From the NCBI GenBank assembly GCA_963699305.1, contig OY969431.1:1076911-1140910 (forward strand): a stretch of DNA of 64,000 nt. Direction: 5' to 3'. The stretch is from an uncultured Chloroflexia bacterium (GTDB lineage: Bacteria; Chloroflexota; Anaerolineae; Anaerolineales; Anaerolineaceae). Below, in pieces: positions 31,046 through 41,105 of the stretch (position 1 is its first letter; each line of letters opens with the position of its first letter). The position numbers and the translations under genes were made by a program. The notes beneath the pieces are model-generated. The model saw only the letters and a program-made list of their open reading frames with translations, searched no databases and was not told the origin of the DNA.

Positions 31046-32368
31046 CTACTTCCTGCCAAACTTTGCCTTGAGAAGATCTTCCAAGGTGGGTTGACCAATT
31101 TCCTGCAGCTCATAGCGGACACGCTGCATCGGTTTGTTAACCTTGATGATCCGGGTAAGGTCAATTGGTGTTCCAGAGATGACAAGATCCACTTTGGCGT
31201 TGTTGATGGTTTTTTCAAGATCTTTCGTCATTTCATCACCGTACCCCATGGCGGGCAGGATTGCACCGGTTTTTGGATACTTGCGATACGTTTCGATGAT
31301 ACTACCCACAGCGAACGGTCGAGGGTCAACGATCTCTGATGCACCGAACCGTCGTGCAGCGACCCAACCAGCTCCATACGCCATTTCACCGTGAGTAAGC
31401 GTCGGACCATCCTCAATGACGAGGACACGTTTACCGCGGATTGCATCAGGATTATCGACGAACAGAGGTGATGCAGCTTCAATAATGGTCGCTTTCGGAT
31501 TTAATGTTCGAAGGCTCTCGCGGACTGCAATGATGTTCTCCGGTAACGCGGTGTCCACTTTGTTGATTACGAATACATCCGCAAGGCGGACATTAGTTTC
31601 ACCGGGATGATATGCTTTTTCATGACCAGGTCGATGCGGATCAGCGACGACAATTGCCAGATCGGAAACATAGAACGAAAAGTCATTGTTTCCACCATCC
31701 CACAGCACGATGTCCACTTCTTTTTCTGCCTGGCGTAAAATGGCTTCGTAATCCACGCCGGCATAAACGATGATTCCATTATCGATGTGAGGCTCGTATT
31801 CCTCGCGCTCTTCGATGGTGCATTCATTTTTATCTAGATCAGCATAGGTGGCATACCGTTGAACTTTTTGTTTTACCAGGTCACCATACGGCATGGGGTG
31901 CCGGATAGCTGCTACTTTGTAACCCATTTCGCGTAAGATCAGTGATACTCTCCGAGTTGTCTGACTTTTCCCAGAGCCAGTACGCACAGCACAAACGGAA
32001 ACAACAGGTTTCGTTGATTTAACCTGGGTTGAGTGAATACCCATCATGCGGAAATCAGCTCCGCATGCCAGTACTAAGGAAGCCTTGTGCATGACCACTT
32101 CATGTGGAACATCACTGTAGGCGAAGATCACCTGCTCGGCTTTCTTATCCTTGATCAATTTTTCGAGATCAGTTTCCGGATAAATCGGGATTCCATTGGG
32201 ATACAGCTTGCCCGCCAGTTCCTTGGGATATTTTCGACCTTCTATATTGGGGATCTGGGTAGCGGTAAAAGCTACGACCTCATAATCTGCGTTATCGCGA
32301 TAAAAAACGTTGAAATTGTGGAAATCGCGTCCTGCAGCACCCATGATGATGGTTCGGATCGGTGTCAT
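31046..32368 (-). CDS. COG2403-type predicted P-loop GTPase (cyclic 2,3-diphosphoglycerate synthetase-like)
   Basis: The N-terminus IMGAAGRDFHNFNVFYRDNADYEVVAFTATQIP and the P-loop-like VRTGSGKSQTT match my memory of this family. Confidence 0.5.
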   Translation of the reverse strand: MTPIRTIIMGAAGRDFHNFNVFYRDNADYEVVAFTATQIPNIEGRKYPKELAGKLYPNGIPIYPETDLEKLIKDKKAEQVIFAYSDVPHEVVMHKASLVLACGADFRMMGIHSTQVKSTKPVVSVCAVRTGSGKSQTTRRVSLILREMGYKVAAIRHPMPYGDLVKQKVQRYATYADLDKNECTIEEREEYEPHIDNGIIVYAGVDYEAILRQAEKEVDIVLWDGGNNDFSFYVSDLAIVVADPHRPGHEKAYHPGETNVRLADVFVINKVDTALPENIIAVRESLRTLNPKATIIEAASPLFVDNPDAIRGKRVLVIEDGPTLTHGEMAYGAGWVAARRFGASEIVDPRPFAVGSIIETYRKYPKTGAILPAMGYGDEMTKDLEKTINNAKVDLVISGTPIDLTRIIKVNKPMQRVRYELQEIGQPTLEDLLKAKFGRK

Positions 32369-32399
32369 AAATACTTTGCTCCTTGTAGAAAGATTTATT

Positions 32400-34163
32400 T
32401 CACATCGCTTTTGGGGCTGTGATGCCCATCAAACCCAGCGTATTTTGAAATACTTGTTTTGCTGCTGCAACAAACCGAATCCTGTTGTTCCGGATATGCT
32501 CGTTCTCCTGCAAAACCGGGCATTGCGTATAAAAATCATTGAATGCCTTAGCCAAATTGTAAGCGAGATTTGCAATTTCGAGTGGTCTAATATCCTTAGC
32601 TGCTCGTTGCACTGTGGCTGGTAACTGAGTCAACAACTCAATCAGCGCGACTTCGGACTGCGTGAGTTCATAATCAGGAGTCATCGATGGCGGCAAGTCA
32701 TTACCAAATTTACGTAATATACTACTCGCACGCACAAATGCATATTGGATATATGGTGCAGACTGACCGTCAAAACTGAGAGCGGCTTCCCAATCGAAAG
32801 TAACCACCTTTGTGTTTTCACGTGCCAACATAGGATATCGTATGGAACCAATTGCCACTGCGTGTGCAACAGCATTTTTTTGTTCTGAATCTAATTCAGG
32901 ATTCTTTTCAGTGACAACCGCCAAAGCCCTGCTCGTTGCTTCTCGGATCAATTCCTCCATCAACACGACATTCCCATCCCTGGAGGCCATGATGACATTT
33001 CCAGGCAGGTTCACCACTTCATATGGGATATGTTGGCATTCTGTCGCATGCTCGAATCCATAAATCTCCAGTGTCTTGAAAACTTGCAGGAAATGTAACG
33101 ATTGGCGTACATCCACTACATAATAGGATTTGGTCAGTTTTGGATAATCGAGGAATTTCTGCTGTGCCAGTGCAAGATCCTCTGTGGCATATAAGGCAGT
33201 ATTATCAGACCGCAAAACCACCAGCACCCGATATTTTTCTGTTTCGTTTCCCAGCAACTCATCCAACTTGACAATCACTGCTCCTGTTGGTCGCTCATCG
33301 ATGGCAATCTTTTTAGTGATCAGCTGCTCAACGATTTTTCTACCGGCGTGCTCAAACTCGCTATTAAAATAATACCGGTCAAATGTGATTCCCAGGATGC
33401 TGTACATTTCATCGAAACCATCTAATGACCATTGTCGCGTTTGTTCCCACAATTTGACGATTTCTTCTTCCCGATTATCCCAACGTTTATACAATTCACG
33501 GACTTCCACTTCCAATTCGGGATTTTCCTCGAGCCTGCGATTTGCTTCCGCATACAGATCACCCATCCAGCGGGTTGTATCCTTGATGGGTTTTTCACCC
33601 TTGTGCAACTGAATATAGTTCCACAGCCATTTGATGACATGTAAACCGATATCTCCTGGGTAATTCGCGCGGATTACCTCGAAACCTGCAAATTCCAGAA
33701 TGCGAGCCAGGGAATCGCCCAGGATGGCACTTCGTAGATGCCCTACATGGAATGCCTTGTGGGTATTGGGTTGGGAAAATTCCACCATCACTTGTTGGTC
33801 TAGTTTCTTCCCCATGCCAAAATCAGATTTCTCCGCCAAAATGATATCGATCGCTTTTTGTGCGTAGGATGCGGTAGAAAAGTACAGATTCAAATACCCA
33901 TTAAGTGATTCAACTTTTTCGAAGACTTCAGGCATTTTGAGGGATTGTGCAATTTCATCCGCGAGTTTTCGTGCATTATCCGCCACATTTATTTTTGGAT
34001 CCTGCTTTGCAGTTTGAGCAACGATCTGAAAGAAAGAGGTCGAGATGCCCCACTTTCCGGAAAACGGGATATTTGTCCACTTAAGGACAGGTGCAGAAAA
34101 ACCACGCTCCTTCAATTTCTCGAAAATGATCTTTTCTATCGTTTCTTTCTCGATTTCAAACAT
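32400..34163 (-). CDS. argS: arginyl-tRNA synthetase
   Basis: The class I signature FSQPNTHKAFHVGHLRSAILGD, an anticodon-binding C-terminus, and the protein ends in ...APKAM. Confidence 0.95.
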   Translation of the reverse strand: MFEIEKETIEKIIFEKLKERGFSAPVLKWTNIPFSGKWGISTSFFQIVAQTAKQDPKINVADNARKLADEIAQSLKMPEVFEKVESLNGYLNLYFSTASYAQKAIDIILAEKSDFGMGKKLDQQVMVEFSQPNTHKAFHVGHLRSAILGDSLARILEFAGFEVIRANYPGDIGLHVIKWLWNYIQLHKGEKPIKDTTRWMGDLYAEANRRLEENPELEVEVRELYKRWDNREEEIVKLWEQTRQWSLDGFDEMYSILGITFDRYYFNSEFEHAGRKIVEQLITKKIAIDERPTGAVIVKLDELLGNETEKYRVLVVLRSDNTALYATEDLALAQQKFLDYPKLTKSYYVVDVRQSLHFLQVFKTLEIYGFEHATECQHIPYEVVNLPGNVIMASRDGNVVLMEELIREATSRALAVVTEKNPELDSEQKNAVAHAVAIGSIRYPMLARENTKVVTFDWEAALSFDGQSAPYIQYAFVRASSILRKFGNDLPPSMTPDYELTQSEVALIELLTQLPATVQRAAKDIRPLEIANLAYNLAKAFNDFYTQCPVLQENEHIRNNRIRFVAAAKQVFQNTLGLMGITAPKAM

Positions 34164-34179
34164 AGCGGCTGGTATCCTG

Positions 34180-34210
34180 AAAATAAAAGCGGGAGTTAAC
34201 GCCTCCCGCT
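34180..34210 (-). terminator. intrinsic terminator downstream of rpsT
   Basis: The minus strand reads AGCGGGAG-gcguuaa-CUCCCGCU followed by UUUAUUUU. Confidence 0.7.
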
Positions 34211-34250
34211 GCTGGTTATTGAGAATTCGAAGATTTCGTAGATTAAAATG

Positions 34251-34517
34251 CTATTTTGCCAGGGAAGCCAATTTTTTCATCAATCTACTTTTGCGTCTCG
34301 CAGCATTGTTTTTATGTACAATACCTTTCTGAGCGGCAATATCAAGCTCGTGAATAGCTTCTAGTGTCGCTTTCTGTGCAGCGTCTTTATCGCCTTCTTC
34401 GATGGCGGTTTTTGCTTTTTGTACAAAGGTGCGGGCGCGACCGCGATAGACACGATTTTGCACGCGCTTTTTTTCATTTTGACGATTTCGTTTGATTTGA
34501 GACTTGATGTTTGCCAA
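34251..34517 (-). CDS. rpsT: 30S ribosomal protein S20
   Basis: MANIKSQIKRNRQNEKKRVQNRVYR..., 88 aa. Confidence 0.95.
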   Translation of the reverse strand: MANIKSQIKRNRQNEKKRVQNRVYRGRARTFVQKAKTAIEEGDKDAAQKATLEAIHELDIAAQKGIVHKNNAARRKSRLMKKLASLAK

Positions 34518-34666
34518 AGTATTTCCTCCGAAAATTCTTGCTTTATTGAACGGTGTAGAATTTTACCAAAGCAACGTCAATTCGTCTAGTAATTCGATGC
34601 ACCATGTTATGGACATGAAATTTAATTGAATATACTTAACGGGAGGACCTTAGCCTGGAGGAGTGT

Positions 34667-35821
34667 ATGGATCTACTTCGTTCATTATTGAAACTGACCT
34701 TTCCACACCTTTACAAACCCAATTTTGAACGCTTTCGGCACGCCATTTTAACCAATGAAACAGGTCCGGTGCCGGTTGGTGAGATTTTCGCTGACATCGA
34801 TTTTGTTGGCGGATTCTTAAATCAAAGGGTTGTGGACTATTCCAAAATTGCATCCGATCCCGATAAGAAAATATCGCTTCGTGAATATCAGGATGGATAT
34901 CGATATATTCACCAGTCCATCGAGTTCTGTCTGAACGCTGGTTGGGATTATTCGTACTCGTTCTCTTTAATCCCTTTCCCTGGCATGGGTAGCAGTCTGG
35001 CAGATAATACTGCAAACTTGGGGAAAGGACGCAAACGCTTCTGGGTGAATGATCGGGAAGGTCCAATAAAGAATTGGCAGGATTTTGAACAATATGCTTG
35101 GCCAACCGATTTCTCCGGTGTCAATCTCATGTCTCGTATTATGGCAAAAAGGGTACCGGATGGGATGAAAGTGATGGTGATCCCAGGTGGTGTGTTTGAG
35201 TGGACCTCACAGTTGATGGGGTTGGTCAATTTCAGTTACGCACTCATAGATATTCCGGATTTAGTGGATGCGGTCGTCAAGAAGGTGACCGAAACCATCT
35301 ATCGTGTTACCGAAGATATCCTTCAGGAACCGAATGTTGGGGGCATCTTTATGGGAGATGATCTTGGATATTTCAGCGGGACGATCATCTCACCAAAAAT
35401 CCTGCGCGATAAAATTTTACCGAACACCAAGAAAATTATCGATCTTGTCCACCAAGCAGGAAAGTTGTTTGTCTTTCATTCATGCGGAAACATGTATGCA
35501 GTCATGGATGACCTGATCCAGATTGGCATTGACGCCAAACACAGCTTCGAAGACAAAATCATGCCTATCGAAGAAGTCTATCAAAAATGGGGAAAACGTA
35601 TCGCTATTATTGGCGGATTGGACATGGGTATCCTTGCCAGTGGCACGGAGAAACAAGTTCGTAACCGCTCACGCGAAATCCTTGATATGTGCGGATTAAA
35701 AGGGCATTATATTTTCGGTACTGGAAATTCCGTTGCCAACTATATCCCTATTCAAAACTACCTTGCCATGCTTGATGAACTCCATAAATGGAACGAAGAG
35801 CATTTCGGTTCAGAACTATAG
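34667..35821 (+). CDS. uroporphyrinogen-decarboxylase (URO-D) family protein, MtaA/CmuA-like
   Basis: The C-terminal half FMGDDLGYFSGTIISPKILRDKILPNTKKIIDLVH...FHSCGN...DAKHSFED...GGLDMG fits the URO-D fold family. Confidence 0.6.
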   Translation: MDLLRSLLKLTFPHLYKPNFERFRHAILTNETGPVPVGEIFADIDFVGGFLNQRVVDYSKIASDPDKKISLREYQDGYRYIHQSIEFCLNAGWDYSYSFSLIPFPGMGSSLADNTANLGKGRKRFWVNDREGPIKNWQDFEQYAWPTDFSGVNLMSRIMAKRVPDGMKVMVIPGGVFEWTSQLMGLVNFSYALIDIPDLVDAVVKKVTETIYRVTEDILQEPNVGGIFMGDDLGYFSGTIISPKILRDKILPNTKKIIDLVHQAGKLFVFHSCGNMYAVMDDLIQIGIDAKHSFEDKIMPIEEVYQKWGKRIAIIGGLDMGILASGTEKQVRNRSREILDMCGLKGHYIFGTGNSVANYIPIQNYLAMLDELHKWNEEHFGSEL

Positions 35822-35832
35822 CGATGGGCTAA

Positions 35833-35862
35833 AAGAAGAGGTTGCATCAGCAACCTCTTCTT
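35833..35862. terminator. bidirectional intrinsic terminator between the URO-D-like gene and pgk
   Basis: AAGAAGAGGTTGC-atca-GCAACCTCTTCTT: a perfect 13-bp stem. Confidence 0.75.
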
Positions 35863-35874
35863 AATTCACTTCTG

Positions 35875-37050
35875 TTATTTATCCTGCAGGGCAGCAAGTC
35901 CGGGTAATACCAACCCTTCCAGCATTTCAAGCGAAGCTCCACCACCTGTCGAAATATGAGTGATTTTGTCCGCCACGCCCGATTGCTGTACGGCTGAAAC
36001 TGAGTCACCGCCGCCGATGACCGTGATAGCGCCGCAATCAGCAACTGCTTTGGCAATTGCGAAAGTACCTTCTGCAAATTTGGGCATTTCAAACACACCC
36101 ATGGGTCCATTCCAGATGACCGTGCCGGCATTCTTCACGACCTTGGAGAATTTGGAAATGGTTTCCGGACCAATATCCAGGATCCTCCACCCTTCTGGAA
36201 TTGCACCAACCGGGATGATCTTACTATTGGCAGCCGGATCGAATTTATCGGCAATCACCACATCCACAGGCAAATAGAGTTTTGATCCGCCCATTGCTAA
36301 AACTTCCTTGGCAGTGGGTAGAGCTTCATCTTCCACAAGTGAATCCGCTACAGGATATCCTTGTGCCTTGAAAAAGGTGTTTGCCATGCCGCCACCGATG
36401 AGTACACTATCAGCCTTGGATAACAGATTCTTGATGACACCAATCTTGTCACTAATCTTAGCACCACCCAGGATAGCCACAAACGGACGCTTCGGGTTGT
36501 CAATAGTCTCACCGAGATATTTAATTTCTTTTTCCATCAAAAAGCCCGCTACTCCGGGTAAAATCTTTGCAACACCTTCTGTGGATGCGTGTGCCCGATG
36601 GGCAGTTCCGAATGCATCGTTCACATACACATCTGCCAGGCTTGCCAGTTGCTTTGCCATGCCCGCATCATTCTTTTCTTCCTCAGGATGAAAACGAGTA
36701 TTCTCGAGGACTAGGATTTCACCTGGTTTAAGCATCTTGGAAGCTTCTTCAGCCTTCGGACCAATGCAGTCTTCCGCAAATTTAACGGGTTTGCCTAGAA
36801 GCTTTGCAAGATGTTCTGCTACGGGTTTCAAAGAGAATTCAAGATCTGCAGCTGTTTTAGGGCGTCCGAGATGGGAACACAAGATGACTGCTGCACCTTC
36901 TTTGAGCAAATACTCGATCGTGGGTATTGCACCCTTGATGCGGGTATCGTCTTTTATTTTTCCTTCCTTGATGGGTACATTGAAGTCTACACGGACAAGG
37001 ACTTTCTTTCCTTTCACATCAATATCCCTGATTGTCTTTTTATTGAACAT
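35875..37050 (-). CDS. pgk: phosphoglycerate kinase
   Basis: [21 protein letters not shown] and STGGGASLE motifs. I preferred the ATG at 37050, which has GGGAG upstream, over the TTG at 37062. Confidence 0.95.
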   Translation of the reverse strand: MFNKKTIRDIDVKGKKVLVRVDFNVPIKEGKIKDDTRIKGAIPTIEYLLKEGAAVILCSHLGRPKTAADLEFSLKPVAEHLAKLLGKPVKFAEDCIGPKAEEASKMLKPGEILVLENTRFHPEEEKNDAGMAKQLASLADVYVNDAFGTAHRAHASTEGVAKILPGVAGFLMEKEIKYLGETIDNPKRPFVAILGGAKISDKIGVIKNLLSKADSVLIGGGMANTFFKAQGYPVADSLVEDEALPTAKEVLAMGGSKLYLPVDVVIADKFDPAANSKIIPVGAIPEGWRILDIGPETISKFSKVVKNAGTVIWNGPMGVFEMPKFAEGTFAIAKAVADCGAITVIGGGDSVSAVQQSGVADKITHISTGGGASLEMLEGLVLPGLAALQDK

Positions 37051-37080
37051 ATTATCTCCCAAAAGTATATTAGTTATAAA

Positions 37081-37124
37081 AGATGCGCACTTTTATCGTT
37101 TGAAGGATAAAAACGTGCGCATCT
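37081..37124 (-). terminator. stem-loop between gap and pgk (possible attenuator or processing site)
   Basis: 10-bp inverted repeat AGATGCGCAC...GTGCGCATCT with a 24-nt loop, followed by UUUAUAA on the minus strand. The loop is large for a canonical terminator. Confidence 0.3.
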
Positions 37125-37141
37125 CTTATTACTCTGAAAAT

Positions 37142-38197
37142 TTAAAGTTTTGAAGCGATGAGGTCCGCCAGGTCAGCTGTGCGGCAGGAGTAACCCCATT
37201 CATTGTCGTACCAGGCTACCACCTTCACTAGATTGCCGCCCATCACTACATTGGTCGGTAGATCCACGATCGATGAGCGTTCGTCACCTTTGAAATCGGT
37301 GGAAACCATCGGGTCGTTGTACTCACCCTTGGTGACGCCGAGGATACCTTTCATGGGTCCTTCGGAAGCCTTGATGAAAGCTGCGTTCAATTCTTCCTTG
37401 GTTGTGGCTTTCTCAACCGTGGCGGTCAAGTCCACGACAGACACGGTGGGGGTTGGGACGCGCATGGCGAAACCGTCGAACTTGCCCTTGAGTTCCGGGA
37501 TGACTAACGAAATGGCCTTGGCAGCTCCGGTTGTGGTGGGAATCAAGTTCAAGCCGGCAGCTCGAGAGCGGCGCATTTCCTTCTTGTGACCCTGGTCGAG
37601 GATGACCTGGTCATTCGTATAGGAGTGGATTGTGGTCATCACGGCGTGCACGATTTTGAAATTATCATTCAAAACTTTTGCAGCAGGAGCCAGGCAGTTC
37701 GTGGTGCAGGATGCATTGGAGATTACATGATGCTTGTCGGGGTCGTACTTAGTCTCATTGACTCCGAGTACAACGGTGAAGTCCTCATTCTTGGCGGGAG
37801 CGGTGATGATAACTTTCTTGGCACCACCTTTTTGAATATGGACATTGGCACCAGCTTTGCCTTTCGCAGGATCGCCGATGGCATCCGTGAAAATCCCGGT
37901 GGATTCGATGACGATCTCCACGCCAAGTTCCTTCCATTTCAAATTGGCGGGGTCTTTCTCCGCGAAAACTTTAATGTGCTTGCCATCAACTACGATGTCA
38001 TTATCAATGACTTCCACATTTTTCTTCCATATACCATATGTGGAATCATACTTTAATAGTTGAGCATTCTGCTTGGCGTCGAACAGATCATTGACAGCTA
38101 CCACTTCCAATGAATCAGGGTGGCGCTCGGCGATCGTTTTAAAAACCAGCCGTCCGATCCGGCCGAAACCATTGATACCAACTTTCACTTTCTTCAT
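37142..38197 (-). CDS. gap: glyceraldehyde-3-phosphate dehydrogenase (type I)
   Basis: [10 protein letters not shown], the [12 protein letters not shown] active site and WYDNEWGYS. Confidence 0.95.
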   Translation of the reverse strand: MKKVKVGINGFGRIGRLVFKTIAERHPDSLEVVAVNDLFDAKQNAQLLKYDSTYGIWKKNVEVIDNDIVVDGKHIKVFAEKDPANLKWKELGVEIVIESTGIFTDAIGDPAKGKAGANVHIQKGGAKKVIITAPAKNEDFTVVLGVNETKYDPDKHHVISNASCTTNCLAPAAKVLNDNFKIVHAVMTTIHSYTNDQVILDQGHKKEMRRSRAAGLNLIPTTTGAAKAISLVIPELKGKFDGFAMRVPTPTVSVVDLTATVEKATTKEELNAAFIKASEGPMKGILGVTKGEYNDPMVSTDFKGDERSSIVDLPTNVVMGGNLVKVVAWYDNEWGYSCRTADLADLIASKL

Positions 38198-38260
38198 ACG
38201 TTCACCTCCAAAAATTTTGTAAATTTTACCATGAGAGTTCCATGGTTGATGATAATTGAT

Positions 38261-39613
38261 TTAGATTCCGTTGCGCTGTGCCAAAGGGCCGGTTTTTTCC
38301 AGATAAAGTTCCATAATTGTATCAGCAAGTTTTTCTTTTTCATGCCGCCAGGGATTATGCGTATCCACAAGCTTTGTTTGATAGATCGCCCAATGCTGAT
38401 CTAAATCCTCTTCTGGTTTCACCCAGTCCACACCTTCGGAGAGCGGTCCTTCATAATGATTGTTGCAAACGATGACATCGAAGAGTCGGTGTCCAAGATG
38501 TTTTTCGATCATCCGTACATGATCACCCACATTGAACTTGTCCGTTTCACCTTTTTGGGTTGCTACGTTGCAAATATAGAATTTGAGAGCCCGACTGGCT
38601 TTGATCGCCTCAGAAATTTGTGGAACCAGTAAGTTTGGCAGGAGGCTGGTAAATAGACTTCCCGGGCCAACCACGATCAGGTCAGCACCGAGGATTGCCT
38701 GTATTGCCGGGGGAAACGCAGTTGGATTATTCGGTTCGAGCCAAACACGCTTGATCGTACCCTCCACTTTGGGGATTTCACTCTCACCTTCCACCCGTTT
38801 GAAATGATAAGCTCGTTTGGATTGAACACTCGCTACCAATTGCACATCGTGTAATGTGGAGGGCAGCACCCTCCCCTGGATGGCCAGCACTCGACCGGAT
38901 TCAGCCACCGCCTCCTCGAAACTCCCCGTGATATCGGCTAACGCCGTGATGAATAGATTGCCAAATGAATGTCCATTCAGTCCGGCACTTTCACCAAAAC
39001 GGTATTGAAAGACCTGGGTCAGCAACTCTTCATCGTCAGAGAGTGCCGCCAGGCAATTCCTCAGATCCCCTGGGGGCAGGATACCCATATTGCGGCGGAT
39101 TTCACCCGAAGATCCGCCATTGTCTGCCACTGTAACGATTGCGGTAAGGTTGTTCGTATGGAATTTTAGACCCCTCAATAACGTAGATAAGCCGTTTCCC
39201 CCGCCTATTGTGACGATCTTGGGACCGCGTTCTCGTTTCCGGAAAGTGGAAACCGCATCGATTACCGGCTGACCAGGTCGTAAAAACGGTCGTAATAAAT
39301 TCCGGTTTAACTGCCAGGTTCCCAGCAAAACAAACGCCAACCCGAGGCCACCGAATATTATTGCCCGAAGGGTTCTATCCAAAAATCGTAATGATAAAAA
39401 TGAAAGGACAGGCAGCCACCAGGTTTCTGGTGCAGTCCGGTAAACATCTAATGCCAGCACCGCAAAACCGAGTCCCAGGAGTGTCGTCCCAATTAAGATA
39501 AGCAATATCCAACGTTTTATCCCGATTCCCGGGATAAACCAGCGTAATTTTTCTTTTATAGCCTGCCAAAAATGGGAGGTTTTATCCGTTTTTTTGCCTT
39601 GCATTTTGCACAA
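38261..39613 (-). CDS. yvcK: YvcK/CofD-family gluconeogenesis factor with an N-terminal membrane anchor
   Basis: KIVTIGGGNGLSTLLRGLK...AIVTVADNGGSSGEIR...PPGDLRNCLAAL. Two TM helices sit at the N-terminus. Confidence 0.8.
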   Translation of the reverse strand: MCKMQGKKTDKTSHFWQAIKEKLRWFIPGIGIKRWILLILIGTTLLGLGFAVLALDVYRTAPETWWLPVLSFLSLRFLDRTLRAIIFGGLGLAFVLLGTWQLNRNLLRPFLRPGQPVIDAVSTFRKRERGPKIVTIGGGNGLSTLLRGLKFHTNNLTAIVTVADNGGSSGEIRRNMGILPPGDLRNCLAALSDDEELLTQVFQYRFGESAGLNGHSFGNLFITALADITGSFEEAVAESGRVLAIQGRVLPSTLHDVQLVASVQSKRAYHFKRVEGESEIPKVEGTIKRVWLEPNNPTAFPPAIQAILGADLIVVGPGSLFTSLLPNLLVPQISEAIKASRALKFYICNVATQKGETDKFNVGDHVRMIEKHLGHRLFDVIVCNNHYEGPLSEGVDWVKPEEDLDQHWAIYQTKLVDTHNPWRHEKEKLADTIMELYLEKTGPLAQRNGI

Positions 39614-39654
39614 TGATAGCAGTGTTTGATAACAGCGTCAACAAAAATGGTTCG

Positions 39655-40395
39655 TTACGCTCTGGTCAACCTCATCGTATAACGATAGCGGTCTCCGCGG
39701 TACAAGATTTTTACAAACTCCACAGCTTTCCGCTCCTGTGACCAAAGCACCCGTTCATTTAGCAATAAGGGAGCTCCAATCTTCACCTGCAAAAGGTCGG
39801 CTTCTTCCTTTGTTGCCAACGTTACTTCGAGTGTTTCGTCTGCCGCCCAAGGGATGATGTGAAGTTTCTCCTGAAGGATTTTGTATAAAGACCCGGCATT
39901 TTCCAATTCCGTTTGAGTGATTATTTGGTCCGGTCGCAAAATAACATATGAAGTTTGCAGTCCAATTGGCAGATCATCACCCAGGCGCACTCTCAGGATC
40001 TTTAATGCTTTTGTGCCTGCGGATAATTCCAACTTTTTCAAGACATCTGCAGGCGCATCTTCATACGCCATTTCAAGAATTTGTTGACCTGGTTTGATTC
40101 CGCGTTTGATAAGATCTTCCGAAAAGCTAGTCAGTTCCAGCAACCCTTTTTGCAACTTCTGTGGCATGACAAAGGTCCCTCGCCCATGCTCGCGGTATAA
40201 GTACCCCTCATGAATCAATAACTCGATGGCTTGCCGAATGGTTGGGCGGCTGACTTGATAAAGCGTTTCCAATTGCCGTTCGGATGGGATGGGTGATTGA
40301 GGTGGCCATTCCCTTTTGGTTATTTTTTGGCGCAAAATATTCGCCAATTGGTGATATTTCGGCATTGCATAATATGGATCAATCATGCTTGACAT
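39655..40395 (-). CDS. GntR-family transcriptional regulator (HutC subfamily, UTRA effector domain)
   Basis: An N-terminal wHTH (PSERQLETLYQVSRPTIRQAIELLIHEGYLYREHGRGTFV) and a UTRA-like C-terminus. It is transcribed divergently from the BMC operon. Confidence 0.85.
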   Translation of the reverse strand: MSSMIDPYYAMPKYHQLANILRQKITKREWPPQSPIPSERQLETLYQVSRPTIRQAIELLIHEGYLYREHGRGTFVMPQKLQKGLLELTSFSEDLIKRGIKPGQQILEMAYEDAPADVLKKLELSAGTKALKILRVRLGDDLPIGLQTSYVILRPDQIITQTELENAGSLYKILQEKLHIIPWAADETLEVTLATKEEADLLQVKIGAPLLLNERVLWSQERKAVEFVKILYRGDRYRYTMRLTRA

Positions 40396-40432
40396 TTCGC
40401 CCTCGGCGTGCTATTATTATGACGTAAAGTCG

Positions 40433-40479
40433 TTATGTGGTCATTACCAGTTATCGTTTAACTTGTTAATACCACATAA
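40433..40479. promoter_or_regulatory. candidate operator: a 9-bp inverted repeat in the gntR / rpiB divergent intergenic region
   Basis: TTATGTGGT (40433-40441) and ACCACATAA (40471-40479), with a 29-nt spacer. Each arm contains a GT...AC-type core of the kind HutC/GntR proteins bind. Confidence 0.3.
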
Positions 40480-40512
40480 ATAGTGTAGCACTTTTCAACA
40501 GGAAAAAGCAAG

Positions 40513-41097
40513 ATGTCATCTGTCTCTGATCCAGAAATCCGAGCAATCGTTCAAAATGTCCTCCAAAAGATGGGGGGTTCGCCTTCCATGGCTTCCACTA
40601 ACCCAACGAAGGAACCGCAGGCATTTTCCTTACCTGTTCTGCAAAAGATGATCGCCATCGGTTCGGATCACGGTGGATTTGCTTTGAAAGAATTGTTAAA
40701 ACCATATATCGTCGAATTGGGATTTCAATACACCGACTGTGGACCGATGGATAAGACTGCGGTGGATTATCCCGACTATGCATTGGCTGTGGCACAGCAA
40801 ATTACGTCCAAAAAAGCGATCCGCGGGATCATGATCGATGGTGCGGGAATCGGTTCTTGTATGGTTGCCAATAAAGTACCTGGAATCCGGGCGGCTCTGT
40901 GCTATGACATCTCTACTGCAATAAACAGCCGAGAGCATAACGATGCCAACCTTCTCACCCTCGGTGCCGGATTGATCGGCGAGAACCTTGCCAAGCAGAT
41001 TGTCAAAACATGGTTGTCGACGGATTTCGGTGGTGGTCGGCATGCTAAACGTGTCGATAAAATCATAACGATAGAAAAACAATTCCTTAAGGGATAG
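40513..41097 (+). CDS. rpiB: ribose-5-phosphate isomerase B (RpiB/LacAB family) with an N-terminal encapsulation-peptide-like extension of about 45 aa
   Basis: The core is [20 protein letters not shown]...DCGP...VDYPDYA...[26 protein letters not shown]...[13 protein letters not shown]. The extension is [17 protein letters not shown] followed by a Pro/Ser/Thr-rich linker. Confidence 0.85.
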   Translation: MSSVSDPEIRAIVQNVLQKMGGSPSMASTNPTKEPQAFSLPVLQKMIAIGSDHGGFALKELLKPYIVELGFQYTDCGPMDKTAVDYPDYALAVAQQITSKKAIRGIMIDGAGIGSCMVANKVPGIRAALCYDISTAINSREHNDANLLTLGAGLIGENLAKQIVKTWLSTDFGGGRHAKRVDKIITIEKQFLKG

Positions 41098-41105
41098 GAG
41101 CAAAA

